A stretch of 64,000 bases of DNA from Rhina ancylostomus (taxonomy: Eukaryota), in NCBI GenBank assembly GCA_030265395.1, contig JARFYF010000029.1, positions 14,276,663 to 14,340,662 on the forward strand. Reading direction: 5' to 3'. Shown here in pieces: positions 12,373 to 26,661 of this stretch (positions within the stretch are counted from its first letter, which is position 1; each line of letters opens with the position of its first letter). The notes under the pieces were generated by a model. That model was not told where the DNA came from and did not search any database. It was given only the letters and a program-made list of their open reading frames with translations. The translations under genes were made by a program, and so were the position numbers.

Positions 12373-14299
12373 ACCAATTGCCCTTTTTACATCAACCGCT
12401 GCCACCCTCCAGTTTTATTCAGCAGTTTGCTCACAAGTAAGAAGCTAAGGTGACTTTCAATAGTTCCCTTTTTCTGAGGGACAGAGATGTAAGACAATTA
12501 TTACCATACAAAACTGGCCTGTTTTCATTTAGTGAAGTGCAGGATATGATTAATAGTTGCAATCAAAAAGCAGACCAAAATTATGTCAGTATCCATTCTG
12601 TTTGAAAGTAGGCCAGTGCTTCCTGGAATACTGCTTGGAGCTTCTAATTCATAAATAAATTATCTTCCCTTCCCCACAGTATTTGTAATATATATAAGTC
12701 TCAGGAAAGAAGTAAGATTCTCTAAGCCACAAGCTCAATTTTCATCTTTACCTAACTCCTTACTATAGCACTCGTGCCATCTTTGTTCTGAAGCGTCATT
12801 TTGTCATTTGAGTAAATCTATCTCTCTATTTCATTTTCATCTCCTGAAGGCATATGTCATGTCCATTACTCTTTAAAAGATATTAAATGAATTCATTTCT
12901 AGTGTGTGGTCTGCTGTTTGAAACTTTTACCATATCCAATGATATGGCAGGATCGAATTTGTCAATTCATTTTACAACCTAAAATCATTAATAATTCAAT
13001 TTTCTAAAGTGAAACAAGCTTATTCAACTTAATTTCAATCAGGTTTCTCAATCAAGCTGTCAGTGGTAATATCATGGCTCTTGCACGTGTGGGTGTCTTG
13101 CTGGCCAGGCTTCATTAGCTAAAATGAAGCTGGCCAGTGATTGGCTAAATCTGTTCATTGGAGGAGAAGGGAAGGACATCATATAAACTGACAGATTGTT
13201 GGGTATGAGCAGAGAAAGGTATTTTTGTGAAGTAGTGTTATAAGAAAATTTGTTGAGGCAGAGTCATTTTGTGGATCTAAGTGGAGTATTTCTTTCGCAC
13301 CTTCAACACAAGTATTCTCATGTTTTTTTGGAGAAGCCTCGAAGGATTTTAATCCCTCCAATTATAATTGACAAATCAATGTCATGACAGAAAACAGAAA
13401 AAAGAAGTACCATTAGATTCCCCAAACAATTGTAAACCCCAATTTAAATATTTAAAAAAGGCCCCTGCTGCTTTCAGGCGGATACACTGGTCAAGTTTAT
13501 GACCTATTTGAAAATCCTGTCAGACAAACCTTTGTCACCTTTGGTCAGGATTTTACTTTTCATATTAAATTTCCCAACCTTTCTTTTTCAGCATAAATGG
13601 CCTGTTAGACATACAAAAATTAACCTCAAACTTTGCAGTTTCTTGTTCCAGGAACTTAACAAAATTGGTTTGCTGAGTTAAGGAGAAAATTATTTCAAAT
13701 GTAATTTTCTTTCCTCATCCCAGATAATTATATCTTTTGCCTCAGTATATCGTAGTTACAAAGGTAAATAATGGAACATGGCAGAGCAAGTATACCATTA
13801 TTTTTCATCTGTTTAGTGTGGGTTTTTACAGTGACGGCCAAGATATATATAAAACACTTGAGAAAAACTAAATTAACTATAATTTTTCTTCATTAGCAAC
13901 TAAATGAACATTGGTACATTGCATTAATGAAAGTCTCTGCTTAAATAATCATGGCTAAATTTCAAACTGTTATTCAAAATCTTTATCCAAACTTCATGAT
14001 ACAATAATTTTTGCTATAAACATAAAAATGAATATATTACAAAATATTTCAATTAAGCAATGCTAAATTTTATTGTTCTGTGGTTCATTTGACATGTTAA
14101 ACATACTGCATTAACTAAAGAAGCATTTCAAATCTAAAGACCATCTTATTGTTTTCTCCATAAAAGCTCTTAGGTCCCATGGTTTTCAAAGCAAGCTCTC
14201 GATGTGTTGCTCCTGACAATGAGTTCCCCAGTGTGCAATTATCATTAGTGTTTTCCATTAGTGGAAAAGACTGAATGAGAAGGCAGGGTGTGAACATAA

Positions 14300-16420
14300 T
14301 CACGCAAGTCTTGATATCTCTTGTATTTGGCCAATCTTTTTGTCAATCACCATTAATAAAAACAGCAGCTGGCCCCAACGGAAGGCTACTGGTACTTCTT
14401 CCATTTTATTATTTTTCCTTATCACCTAATCATATGCCCATATTTCTGTCTTTTTTCTAGCCCAAAGCAGCACCCACCCAGTTCAGTAATCTTAAGTCTG
14501 CTTCCTACCCCTGTGATTTTAGTAGATGGTATTTTTTCGGGGAACGGTGTGGTGTAATTACTGTCCATTCAGCTCTGACACCAGCTCAGGAATCTACATT
14601 TGAAGCAGCAACTCAGTTATTCATGGTGATATCTTTGGGGAAATCACCAGGTAATTCCCACAGCGAGTTAAAAATCATTTGGAGAAGATGGCTCCCATTT
14701 CTCTGGAAGTCTATTGAGAAACTGAGGGAGCTTGGTAACTATCTATGCTGTTACTGCCCATCAGCCTCAGTCTTGCTAACCAGCCTTTCCTGTGTGATTT
14801 TGTCAAACAGCTTCTGAAACTCTGTATAGAGGTCATCTACATCTTTCTTCATTATCCTCCCTGTTACTTAACCAAAAAAAATCAGTTAGGTTGGTTAATG
14901 GCTTTCTTTTTTCAACTCAAATTTCTCCAAGTGCCAGTTAATCCCTTTCCTGATTATTCCTTTTAAAAGCTTCCTCACCACCTAGGGCAGTAGCCTTGCA
15001 TGTCCTTGCATATCTTTTTGGAAAAGGGTATCTCACTTTCCAGTCTCCACTCCTTTGACACCTCTCCTGTTGCCAAGGCAAACTGGAAGAATATAGCAAG
15101 CACATCTGTAAGTTCCATCCTCACTTCTTGCAGTAACTAGGAATGCAGCCCATCTGGATCTGGCAACTTATTTACCTTAAGATAGACAACCTTCCTTGAA
15201 CCTCATCAATTTTCACCCCATCTATCTTCACTAATATCTCCACTTTGACTGTAATTTTGGCCGAACTTCTTCCTGATAAGGACTGTAACAAAATTTCCAT
15301 CATGTAGCCCAACTATAACTTCCACTTTTTGATTTAATCACCATCTTGGTCCCTAATTGGCTCTCCCTGCCTCTTAATGCAGAATACACCATAGAAAGCA
15401 TCCTACCCAGATCACAACTTAGAATGGCAACTGCTCTGTCCAAGGCCAGAGGAAATTGCAGAGAGTTGTGAACGCAGCCCAGTCTATTATGAAAACCAGT
15501 CTCCCTTCCATTGACTCTGTCTACACTTCTGCTGCCTTGGTAAAGCAGCCAATGTAATCAAGGAATCCTCCCACACCGGTCATTCTCTCTTTCCCCCTTC
15601 CATGGGCAGAAGATATAAAAGCTTGAGAACATGAACTACCAAGCTCAAGAACAGCTTCTATCCTGCTGTTATAAGACTCTTGAAAGGACCTCTTATACGA
15701 TAAAGATGAACTCTTGTTCTCTCATTCTACCTCATCATGGCCCTTGCACTTTGTTGGTCGACCTACACTGCACTTTCTCCGTAACTATACCATTGTACCC
15801 TACATTCTGTTTTGTTTTCCTTTTGTACCTCCTTGGATATACTTAGGTATGGAATGATCTATCTCGATGACAAGCAAACAAAGCTTTGCACACTTTCTCA
15901 GTATACATGACAATAATAAACCAACTACCAATTAATACCTATTCATTTTTTACATGTCTGTTGAAGACTTCTCTGTTCCTTTTTATGTTAGATGCCATTC
16001 TGTTTTCAAATTCCCTTTGCCCATCCCATTCTTCTTTTCACCTGCCCTCTTAGCTTCCTATATTCAACCTGATTTTTATTTGACTTGCTTACTAATACCA
16101 ATACCCGACAAGCTCCATACATCTTTTATGCTTCATAATATTTCATATCACTTTTGCTATCCAATGAGTCTTTCTCTTTATGGGAATGTACCCAGCCTAC
16201 ACCTGTTCGGTTAAGGTTTCACCTTGTAATCTTTGTTTCCATTTTATGTAGACCTAATCTCCTCTCATCCTGTTGAAGTTAGTCCTCATCCAGTTAAGAA
16301 GTTCTACTTTAAATTATTCCTTGCTGTTCTACATTACTATCTTGAACCTTGTACAATATTCCCCAAATGTTCCTTCAGTGCCAATTAGTCCATTTGGCTT
16401 TCTGCTATATGTTAGAGAGA
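14300..16420 (-). mobile_element. Ancient CR1 ORF2 remnant, interrupted by a Rex1-type fragment
   Basis: Minus strand at about 15040-15180 reads LKVNKLPDPDGLHS*LLQEVRMELTDVLAIFFQFALATGEVSKEWR, like CR1 LKVDKSPGPDGLHPRVLKEV..EI...L.IIFQ.SL.TGEVP.DWR. Limits are approximate. Confidence 0.6.
15385..15932 (+). mobile_element. Rex1/Babar-type LINE 3' fragment (same family as 11128-12372)
   Basis: caccatagaaagcatccta...gcagagagttgtg...ctcaagaacagcttctatcctgctg...caataataaaccaa aligns by eye with 11826-12365. Confidence 0.88.
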
Positions 16421-17827
16421 GGAAAAGCATATTCCAAAGAAAGGAGTCCAGATGCTTTGTACAGTCCTCTCACCGTTCCTTCAATTTGTGATGCTCCTAA
16501 GATTGTCCAGAATCCTGCTAGATATACTACCATGGTACCAACACTAACAGAAAATAAATGGAGGTGCTGTTTCAGCCAGCAATGGGAGAGCATAATGACT
16601 AATTCAAATGGCAACAGTCCCAGAGGGACTGATTATGCTTTTGATTCTGATATCTATAATCTTGGGCCAGAAAGATAGTAACTGAGCTGAATCATTGCCC
16701 ACGTACTGCTACTGTATCAATTATTTCTTTGGTTGTCAGTCTTCAGCACAATCAATTCGTTTGGCTTTTAGAATACAAAACATTTTAGATTTCAGCTTCT
16801 GGAAAAAGGAGATTCTTTTGGAAGTACAGGTGAGATCTACTTATCCTGGGTAGGCTTTCATACTTACCTCAGTGAAAGTAAGTATAAACATTCCTAAAGA
16901 CAAAAGAAGTAACGTATGTCTATGAAGAAAAAACAGATTACTAAAAATGTTGTGGAAGCTTCCAGATTTAATTACCAATCTAAGCTGTTAACTGGCCTCA
17001 CACAGTAGAATTGCTGTTGAGATCCTATTGCTCCTGGGATAGGAAATGTTGAAGTCAGCCAAGAACAATTTTCTACACTAAAAGTGCTTTTCTGTTGTAC
17101 TTATAAAATTTGCAAATACATCAAACAGCTACCCCAGCAAGTATCAGCTCTTGCAATGAATGAGGAGAGAAGGGTGTGAGGTATGGGGTTGGAAAGGAGG
17201 TGAACATGGTAGGAACTTTGTATTTGAAAATAAAAAAGGTGAGCTAATATTCAATTTTACACACGATCAATTTTGTTCAGGCAGAGACATAGAGATAAAT
17301 TTAAAGACAAGGCTTTAGACCAAAAGTGAACAAGACAGAGATGTCTCTTGGGTAGGACTAAATATCATATGCTTCTTCTATCTGTCATTCTTCTACAATA
17401 AGGGAATTTACCAAAGTGACAACATAATTCAATTCCAGAGTGTGTGGGTGGCCATCAATAATTGCCATTCAGCAATATTTCCAAGTAATCTTAGCCAGAT
17501 CCTCAGCAAACTGGTGTGATGTTATGCCAGTTCAGAAAAAAAAGTTGTCACTAAATATTTGGCAGGAGTTTTGAATGTTCAGTCAGTGCCAAGTCATGGG
17601 CATGCAGGATGTGTCGGCTGCATAGTACAATTATCCTGCTCTGACAACAAGTCATTGACCTGAAACACTAATTATATTTCTCTCACCACACATACAGCCT
17701 AACCTGCTGAATATCTCCTGTAATTCCTGGTTTTAGTTCAGACTTTCAACATCCGCAGCATTTTACTTTTCTATTATCCACTTTATTTCTGGGACTTCAG
17801 CATAGCCAGAAGGTGCCCTCACTTCCT

Positions 17828-18150
17828 GAATCAGAATCAGGATCATGTGTATTATCACTGACTTATATGTTGTGAAATTTGTTGTTTTGCAGCAGTAGTA
17901 CAGTGCAAAGGCATAAAACTACCGTAAATTACAGAATGAATAAATAAATAATGCAAGCAAAGGGAATAACAAAGTAGCGTTCATGGGTTCATGGGCTGTT
18001 CAAAAATCTGATGGCAGAAGGCAAGAAGCTGTTCCTAAGTCGTTGAGTGTGGGTCTTCAGGCTCCTGTACCTCGCCCCCCAACCCCCCACCACCACCACC
18101 ACCACCAATGGCAGTAACGAGAAGAGGGCATGTCCCAGATGGTGGGTCCC
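17828..18150 (-). mobile_element. Rex1/Babar-type LINE 3' end (same family as 8380-9170)
   Basis: Reverse complement of the (gattct)n tail and of gagcctgaagacccacactcaacga...aacagcttctt seen at 8965-9010. Confidence 0.8.
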
Positions 18151-21100
18151 TTTTCTCTTTCATCCTTCTAAAAATATATCCTTTGTTTTTAGGAACTGAG
18201 TTTTTCTTTATCAACATAGAACCATGTATTTTAATATGCTAAAATATGGAAACACCAGATTGTATGATGAATAATGCTGAGCATTTGTATTCAGGGTTAA
18301 CATTAAATGAAATTTTCTTGTGCAGTTTTGTTGTGGGAGAGCTCTGAGTTAACATGAAGCTCAGATTTAATAGCACTGTAAGTTGGCCTTCCTGTTCATT
18401 GAGCTTTCCCTGCTTTAGATCATTTTTCCTGTCATTAATTAACATTAAATTCCAATGACCCAGAATCAGAGGTCTGAAGCTGCAGTTTCCTCATCTACAC
18501 AGTGTTAGGTANNNNNNNNNNGTATATTCTTTGTTGCTCATGTAAGTCCTGAAATAATCGTTATCATGATGTAGAGATTCACTCATACACACCACCAAGA
18601 TTGGGGTACTAACGAGAACCTCCTGAAAGGCATTCAGCTGAATAAGCAATGAAAAATCAATGATGATAATTGAATGACACCCTTGGTTATGAATTGAAAT
18701 GAGTGGAATGGCATCTCTTTTAAAAATTGACAGATGCAATTGTTGCACTTTTGGAGAAAAAAAAGAGCTTAGGTTTGAAAACAAGAAATGCACTAATTTA
18801 TCAGAGAGCCTGTATGATTCCCTGTCACGGGATTTAAGTCAACTACAATGTGCCATCTTCCTCTGCCTGCTAAATAGACTCTGTCTTTTTACCCTGATAA
18901 ATTGCTTGTGCTATGGCAAACAACTTGTGATCATAACACGACTGCCACATAACATGCATTAAATGGCCTGTTTTGTCCAATAGTGTTATAATTCAGTTTT
19001 CATAGGCCAAGTATCTGAGCCAGTTATCAACTATCAATGATGTTTAAAGCCAGTGGTGAGTTGTCATTGGCATCAGGTGGTACTGGGGATTGGGCCTCGG
19101 AATCTGATTATGAGAGGCTTTGTCACCTCAAAGAGCCACTCCACTACAGAGTTCATCTGTTAAGTGCAGAGGGTCAGCTCATCTGGGCTGTAAGTGAAGG
19201 TAAATACAGGCAGGGAGAGACTGTGGGATCAGAAATCAGGCACTGGGCCAGGTCCAGCACAATCCAATCTGTAAGTATGTGATTGCTATTTTAATGTTCA
19301 GTCAGAGTGTTGAGAGATATGAAGTCAAAGTGGATAAATGGGGATCATCATTGAATGGCAGAACTAGTGCGAGGGGCTGAATGGCCTATTCCTGTTCTGA
19401 TGTGTCTTTTTGAAGAGTGCTATAACTAATTTGCATTGCTTTCAGTCTGAGCCAGACAAGGCTGAAACCTGCTAATTGATACATAAGTAACATTGATCCT
19501 GTCAGTGTCCACTGGTACTTAGGCAGGAACAGCAGTAACATATTCATCTGTTTCTGCTAAGGTTCTGGCTGCTTAAATTGAGGTCCACCTGAAAATTAAA
19601 ACTGGTAACCTTCACGAACAAGTCTGTGTGTTTGATTTTCCTGATTTTTATCCAACTACTTGTATTGTGAAGCAGCCTCTTCTGTGAAAAATGTGCTCGG
19701 AGTTCCTGCAACACAATGTGTTAAAAATACAAAATTGGTTAACGTCCACTCTTACTGTTGTTTGCGTATCTAGGTACAAGACGATTACATGAGCCACCTA
19801 TGATAGGCTTTACAAGCAAATGACAGGTTTCTTTACAAAGACGTCATTACAACCTTTAATTGCCTGGCTTAGATTGAAGGGAAGAGTTTATAACAGATAC
19901 CCTGTACCATTTCTCGGAATGGTTGCTATAGCAATCTTTGGTTTGAGCGGATGGCTTGCAGTTAGTGGGAGTGGGAGGGGGAAGTGAATCACAAGGCAGC
20001 AGTTTATCCGGTCTTTGCATGGTTCAAGAACTTTAGATGGTGAACACAGTAAAAAGTCTGCAGACATGTACATGTAAAAGAGAGATTGTCTTAATAGGAT
20101 TTATAGCGGCAGTATCAGAATTTATGACTAGAGTTCAGCTGCAGTTAGGCACTCAGTCTCATGGTATTTTCCTTGTGGTTTGTTAAACCTTTTATTTCTC
20201 CAAAATCTAACAGGAGGTGCAGTCCTGCAAGCCCTCATTTAATAAAACTACTAAGCTGAGAGATTTTTTTTCCCATGGTATCTGTAAGAAAATTGTAATG
20301 TCATTTTTTATGTTTATTCTTTATCAATGCTTTTGACCCCATGTTTGCAGTTTTGTACCATAAAGGGAGAGCAACTGGGACTCACAGTACAGTTAAAACC
20401 TGTGAATGGTGAAACCTGAAAGAAATGCGTCTGACTTCATGAAAATTTCAGTGGAGCCAAGAAAGCAAATCATAAACTTAAAATTGACTGCTTCAACTAA
20501 CAGATATGATTGCAGCATTTTCAAAAGCCAATTACAGCAGCAAGTGGCCCCCCAAAAATAGCTTGTTTGTTTAAAAGCTAGCATCCAAATAGCCATCTCC
20601 ACTGTGTTTCCAGAGTAATTAGGAATCAGCGTGTTCACAATTTCAGTATTCTATTCAATCACAAACTGAACTTTAACCCCATAACCTCTTCATCACAGAC
20701 TGATTACTTCCATGTCTTACATTGCCCAGTTTTGCTCTTTCTTCCCATCTGCTGATGAAACATTTATCCAATTCCTTTTTCTTTCCACTGTTCCAGTGTC
20801 CTCCCAACTGGCCTCCACCCTCCCATCCCTTTAAGCTGCTGTTCATGCATAAAACAATGCAGCTGTTATGACACTCAGGTCTGATTTAAAATTCTTATCA
20901 CTTTGGAACCTTACACATTCCTCCCCTTCGCCACAATCCCCCCCCACCCCGCTCCCTCCTGGTCCGTTTGTCTAATAACACCACTCACATTAAGTTAAGC
21001 TTCCAATTTCCATTCTCCAGAATATCTTCCTAAAATCCCACTGGGTCATCACATTTTCCTTTAAAGTTCCCAACTCTTTCACCAAGAATTTGCATACTTG

Positions 21101-23309
21101 TAAAAAAAAATATGCCTTTGTTAAGCACGCAATCATTTCTCATTAAAGATATATAAATAGAAATTATTGTTGTTGTGGGAGATGGAAGAGGATTCAAACC
21201 AAGACTTTTACATTTATAGGAGACAAGCAGCTGATACGATGACCTGAGCCCCAAAGCTGCAGCTCCAACTGACATTTCCATTAAATAAGGTTTCCTGAGT
21301 ACTCAGCTCTTCTTTAATGGCTTCACATGGGGGTCAGTATCAGTGTGATTAGGCTGAAAGCTGTGCTTTAAAACAATCTTCCCTGCCAGCCAGGATAGTC
21401 TAAAATGAGACCAGTCAAAACTTCACATTTTTGCAGGGCAGAAAATTGTAGTTAATTATGTGTCATGAATGTGCATGTAATTTTTATATTAATTGGTGAC
21501 TTCCACATTACTTCCTTCATTTCTCTTTAGGGTAAATCCTCAAAGGTAATGTGGTATGAATTCTGATTTTCTACTAATACCAACTCTGGTGTTACAACTG
21601 TTTCAAAGTCTCTGTGCAACACCATTTCTGGTCCTGTGCATATTCCTTGTTTTAGTCATCATTGTTCACTGTGCATTTCAGTTGCTTAGGCCCCGAGCTC
21701 TGGAAATCACTGACTAAACCTCTCCATCTCACTCTCTCCTCTTTTAAACTGTTCCTGAAAGTCTACCTCCTTGAATAAGGTTTTGGTTTCCTGTCCTATT
21801 GTTTCCTTTTGGGTTCATGTTGAATCTTTTTGGATAATATTTCTGCAAAGTATCTTGGGGTGCTTTGGCAATATATTAATGCAAGTTATTGTTGTATCAC
21901 CCTCAATTAGCCACTTCACAATGGACTGAGGAGATGAACTTATAAATTGCTCTCTGACTCTTTGCTCCCTTAGGTGCGTTCTAAGATCAGTACACAGACC
22001 AAGAGTAGTTTGCACATCCTCACGAGCTCCATTGGTGCTTAATATTCTTTCACCCATTCTAGTTCCCAGTTCACAAAAAATTGTGAATCTGACTTATACT
22101 TAAACATAGACCACCACTGAAATTACACCATCAAAAATTCATTAAAACTTCTCCTTAATCAATCAGATCAGTGATCACTGAGGAATCAGAAGATATATTG
22201 CGAGGCTCTTAAATTATAGTTGAATATGTGTGTACTATGCTCAACTTGGGTCACCTCAAAAGGATGAGGTAATCAACATCAAAAACTCAATGGTACTCCA
22301 TAGTACCAGGAGTGTTTATTCATCATCCTGGTCTTCATTTATTTCTCCACACCTACTTTCAACCCAATTCCTTTAGTACCCTTATTGTAAGTGAGCACTA
22401 ATTTATTCTGTCAAGTCTGGGATTTGATCAATAACCTAAGGGAGGTATCTAATCATTGTAAAGTCCAGTGTCCATTAAATTCAATAAAAATCTTCATCTC
22501 TAGACTTAATCCCAATTCAATACAGAATCAAGTGTTGTGAATACAAGAAAGAAGTTATCTTTGTGTCTGTAAAATATTCTCCCACAGCTCTGGTCCAGCT
22601 CTGGTCCTATTCCAAAGGATAGCTGTTATCAGACCAATTTCATCACCATTTCTTCCTGCTGTGTATTTTTAATCTGATTGGCAACAGAAGGACAGTCCCA
22701 ATAGGAGTCACTCAGCTGGAATAGAAACTGTAATCTAACAAGAAGGAAATGCAGTGGTGAGAATAGAAGGTACTCCCAGGACAAGGAGCAAGTGTTTAAG
22801 CTCAGGGTGGAGGTGTGGTAAGATATTAGAAAGCTAGCCAATTGTTAAACTTCCCAAACAGAAATATTCACTATCTTGAACATCTTGCATGAAATACTTG
22901 GCATGAAGTATCTCACCAGCCTGTTACTTATGCATGCTGTGCTCTCACTGTGTACCTGCCACATAAAAATAAGAATAGTTAAACATGCTAAAATTAAACT
23001 ATGCGCTATATATTATAAAGAATAACAAACAGATGGCAAGTAGTTCTGAAACATAATTCAGTTATAGAGTCCTGGTGTAATTTATAAATTGCAGCAGCTT
23101 TGTGCTTGGTTTATGACATCATCACTATAACGTCTTGCCTGAATTATTGCCTTGCATCCATCGGCCAGCTCTTTGATGTCCTCTTAGTGCCATGCCAATA
23201 GAGACAGGAAACCTACACTAATGCATCTCACTTCATTAGCATTGATTAGCAGTAGGTTCTGTATATATCACATTTTTATTGACTTATTGTTCAAATACAT
23301 GTTAGAGCA

Positions 23310-23850
23310 CATAGACATTGCTGGTAAGGCCAGCATTTATTGCACTTCCCTGAAGGCCCTTGAGAAGTCGGTGGTGAACTGCCTTCTTGAACAGTAACAG
23401 TCCTTCTACTGGAGGGACTCCCACAAGAGAATTCCAGGATTTGCACTCAGCAATGATGAAGGAACGGTAGTATAGTTCCAAATCAGGATGGAGGGGAATG
23501 GGCAGGTGATGGGGTTCCCATGAAGCTGAAGCCAGTGTCTTTCTTGGTGGTGGAGATTATCAGTTTGAGATATACTGACAAGGTAGCCTGNNNNNNNNNN
23601 NNNNNNNNNNNNNNNNNNNNNNNNNNNNNNNNNNNNNNNNNNNNNNNNNNNNNNNNNNNNNNNNNNNNNNNNNNNNNNNNNNNNNNNNNNGACAAGGTAG
23701 CCTGGATGAGTAACAGCAAAGCATTTTGTAGATGGTCCACCATTGTGGCCACTGTGGGGAAGGGAATGAATGTTTAGGTGGTAGGTGGGATATTAATCAA
23801 GCAGGTTGCTTTGTTCTGGATGGTATCAAGTTTCTTCAATGTTGTTTGAG
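23310..23850 (-). mobile_element. Second CR1/L2-group LINE family, 3' fragment
   Basis: gctggtaaggccagcatttattgc...gcccttgagaag..ggtggtga.ctgccttcttgaac; the same signature recurs at 47910-48000. Confidence 0.6.
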
Positions 23851-24314
23851 ATGCTTGTCAAGAGTATTAGAATACCCATTGATTTTAACCTCGGTTCAAA
23901 CTGGCAGAGATCCTCTGCATGGAGCCACTTCAATACTGTTTTTGCCCTTATTCTCTTCTTACATCTCTCTGAATTAGCTGACAGTACCCAAGGTTCCAGG
24001 TTGGCCTGAGGCAGAGTGCTGAAAAATAACTAGTCTAATTCCTGCTTCTAATTCAGTATCTAGTAGGTCTTGATCGAAAATGTGTTGTATTTAGCCATCT
24101 AGTCATGACAGAATTGCTGAGATAAAGTGGACCATGATGGGTATATAGGACAGTCATATAAAAGGAGAGCAACTGTCTGAATTCAAAAGATATGAAAATA
24201 TACTTGAGGTGTACAAGCCGAAATTTACATTCATGGGAGGATGTCCTGGAGGTTCTAAAGATCTCCCACCCTCACTTTGCCAGAAATCCAGTGAAAACCA
24301 TGCAAAAAATGATG

Positions 24315-24925
24315 CAGAACTGTAGAATCACGACAGCACAGAAGAGGTCATTTTGTCCATTGAGTCCACGCTGGCTCTTGGTAACGTTGTCTAATTATAC
24401 TCATTCACCTACCCTTACCTCATAGCTCAGCAAATTATTTCTCCTCAACTACCTATGAACTCCACTTCCACTTATGAGCAGTGAGTTTCCAGGTTATAAT
24501 CACCTCTCTAAGTAAAATTGTTTTTCCTCACATTCTCTTGATTTTTTAAAATCTGCGTCCCCTAGTCCCATCCCATTTTGCTGTTATAAACCTCCATAGA
24601 CCTAGTCTACTCCATGGAGAAGAACCCCAGGCTATCTTCATAATTGAACTCCCTCATACCTGAAACCATTCCAGTAAATCTTATCTGTCGTCTCTCGCAG
24701 ACCTTCATGTCCTTCTGAAGGTGCAGGGATAAGAATTTTACATGATACCCTTGTTGCGGTCTAATCGGTTACTACAATGGTTCAGTGTAACTTCCCTGCT
24801 TTTCTACTCTGTCCCCCTATCTATGAAGGCAAGGATTCTACATGCTTACTAATGATCTGCCATCTTCAAGAATTTATGTATATATACACCCAAGTTGTTT
24901 AGTCCTTGCACCCAGTTTAGAATGG
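24315..24925 (-). mobile_element. Old CR1 3' fragment
   Basis: tagaatcacgacagcacagaagaggtcattt tail, and tccagtaaatctt.tctg...gtccttct....gtg.agggataagaatt, homologous to 1470-1560. Confidence 0.7.
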
Positions 24926-25464
24926 TGAATTCAATGTATATATGTATTTTTTTCCTTCAGGACATTTAGGAAGACCTATCTGTAGGCAAAGCTCATAACA
25001 GGCACAAAAACTTTATTCTGCATCTTATTCATTTTTAAAAATTTAGCCAAGGTACTGTACTATGAAGGGTAGCTTCAACTATATTAGCTGTTCTTTAACC
25101 CCTTTTGGTTAAATATGAGGCTCCAGCAATTAAACCATATATTATCCTAGAGCAGTTGGTGATACTTGAAGCTGAGTTCATAAAGACACAATTAAGTTTA
25201 ATTATTAGATGAAACTTAAACATCTGCTAAACGGTGAGGAAAAAGAATTGTAAACTTCAAGAAGACACAAACAGGATGGTGATGGGTGGAAATACACACC
25301 TAATAATTGGATCAATTGCTGCCCATTTTTTATCCACTAATCACACAGAAATTGAGTTTAACCCAGAGCAGATTGTGCTGGCAATAAAACTGAACTCCCC
25401 TCCAGGGGAAATTGGATCTAATTCTGATCCCTGCATTTTCAGAAGGATATCGTCAAAGCGTAGA

Positions 25465-25745
25465 TGTCATGGTTCTGAGTTCTGGTCCTCAATTTGGCTC
25501 CATTAATGCCTTGTTATCCAGCACATGGATTCCATGCTGNNNNNNNNNNNNNNNNNNNNNNNNNNNNNNNNNNNNNNNNNNNNNNNNNNNNNNNNNNNNN
25601 NNNNNNNNNNNNNNNNNNNNNNNNNNNNNNNNNNNNNNNCAGTCATGGCCTGTGTTTGTCCTGAGGAAGTATCCTGACTCCAGTCGTGTATTGGTGTGCC
25701 GCATTTGGGTTCATTGTGAGTTTGATCTGGATCAACACTGTGACA
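25465..25745. mobile_element. Solo LTR (TG...CA) with a 5-bp target-site duplication GTAGA; contains a 100-N gap
   Basis: gtaga|TGTCATGG ... CTGTGACA|gtaga, with terminal inverted TGTCA/TGACA and TSD at 25460-25464 and 25746-25750. It interrupts an old CR1 remnant. Confidence 0.75.
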
Positions 25746-26661
25746 GTAGAACCAATTTCCCACAATGGTTCCAGTGTTGAGGGATTTGAGTTATGAATAC
25801 GGAATGAGCTTGTTCTTCATAATGTCAAAAAGGTTGAGAGCAGATATAATAGAAGCTCATGATATCAAGGTGAGTTTAGATAGGATAAACAGACAGCAGC
25901 TCTTCCCAGTAGCGGATGGTTCAAAGATCAGGGGACGAAGATGAAAAATGAAGAGCAGAAGGTATTGGGATGTGAGGAAAAAACATCTTTGCAAAGAAGG
26001 TGGTTTAAAAACTGGAACTTGTTATCTGTAAGCAGGCTTGAAGTATTTTCAGCTCAATTGTGGGGGTAATGATGTCACCATCCACTTCTGTGCTTCCCAA
26101 CGTGGACTGGAGTTAAAAGGTACAATGTACAAATATCATGGAACAGTGACAGTAGAACCAGGAGCACGTCACACTACTTTGTTGATTTATGTATAAGGGA
26201 TACTCTACTTTTTATCAGGAGACCCCACTGGGTAGCTTTTGAACTTGTTGCAGGCTGCTCAGCCACCTTTCAAACCACCTTCCAAAATACACAGCCCGCT
26301 AAAGCTAACAGGGAGTTTTTTCACCAGCACCTAGTCACTGACACAGTCATTGAATGAATACCTCAGTGGTGACAGTGCTGGCAGCACTGCAATGACCTTT
26401 CCAGATGAGAAATGGCAGGATCTGCCAGCAGCTGCCACATTACATCACTTATCCTTGCATAATGAAATATGCAACTTGCCTTTAATGATGGATTTGAACA
26501 ATGCTAGAATCCTTATAACAATAATTAACACAAATAGAGCAAAAATTGAAACTTATCACAGTTCGATCCAAATGTTCTCACTCTGATACCTTCACAATCT
26601 CACTACTCGTGAGCTTTGATGACCTGGTACTACTTTGCCAGGTTCCCTATTATGCAATGAT

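Noticed and set aside
23577-23704. gacaaggtagcctg duplicated on both sides of a 100-N gap, resembling a TSD
   Set aside because: Best explained as contig-end overlap around a placeholder gap; a hidden insertion cannot be shown without reads.
25740-26160. 15-bp direct repeat gtgacagtagaacca at 25740 and 26146
   Set aside because: The first copy straddles the LTR end and its TSD, and the enclosed CR1 debris continues from upstream of the LTR, so it is not a convincing TSD; treated as chance.
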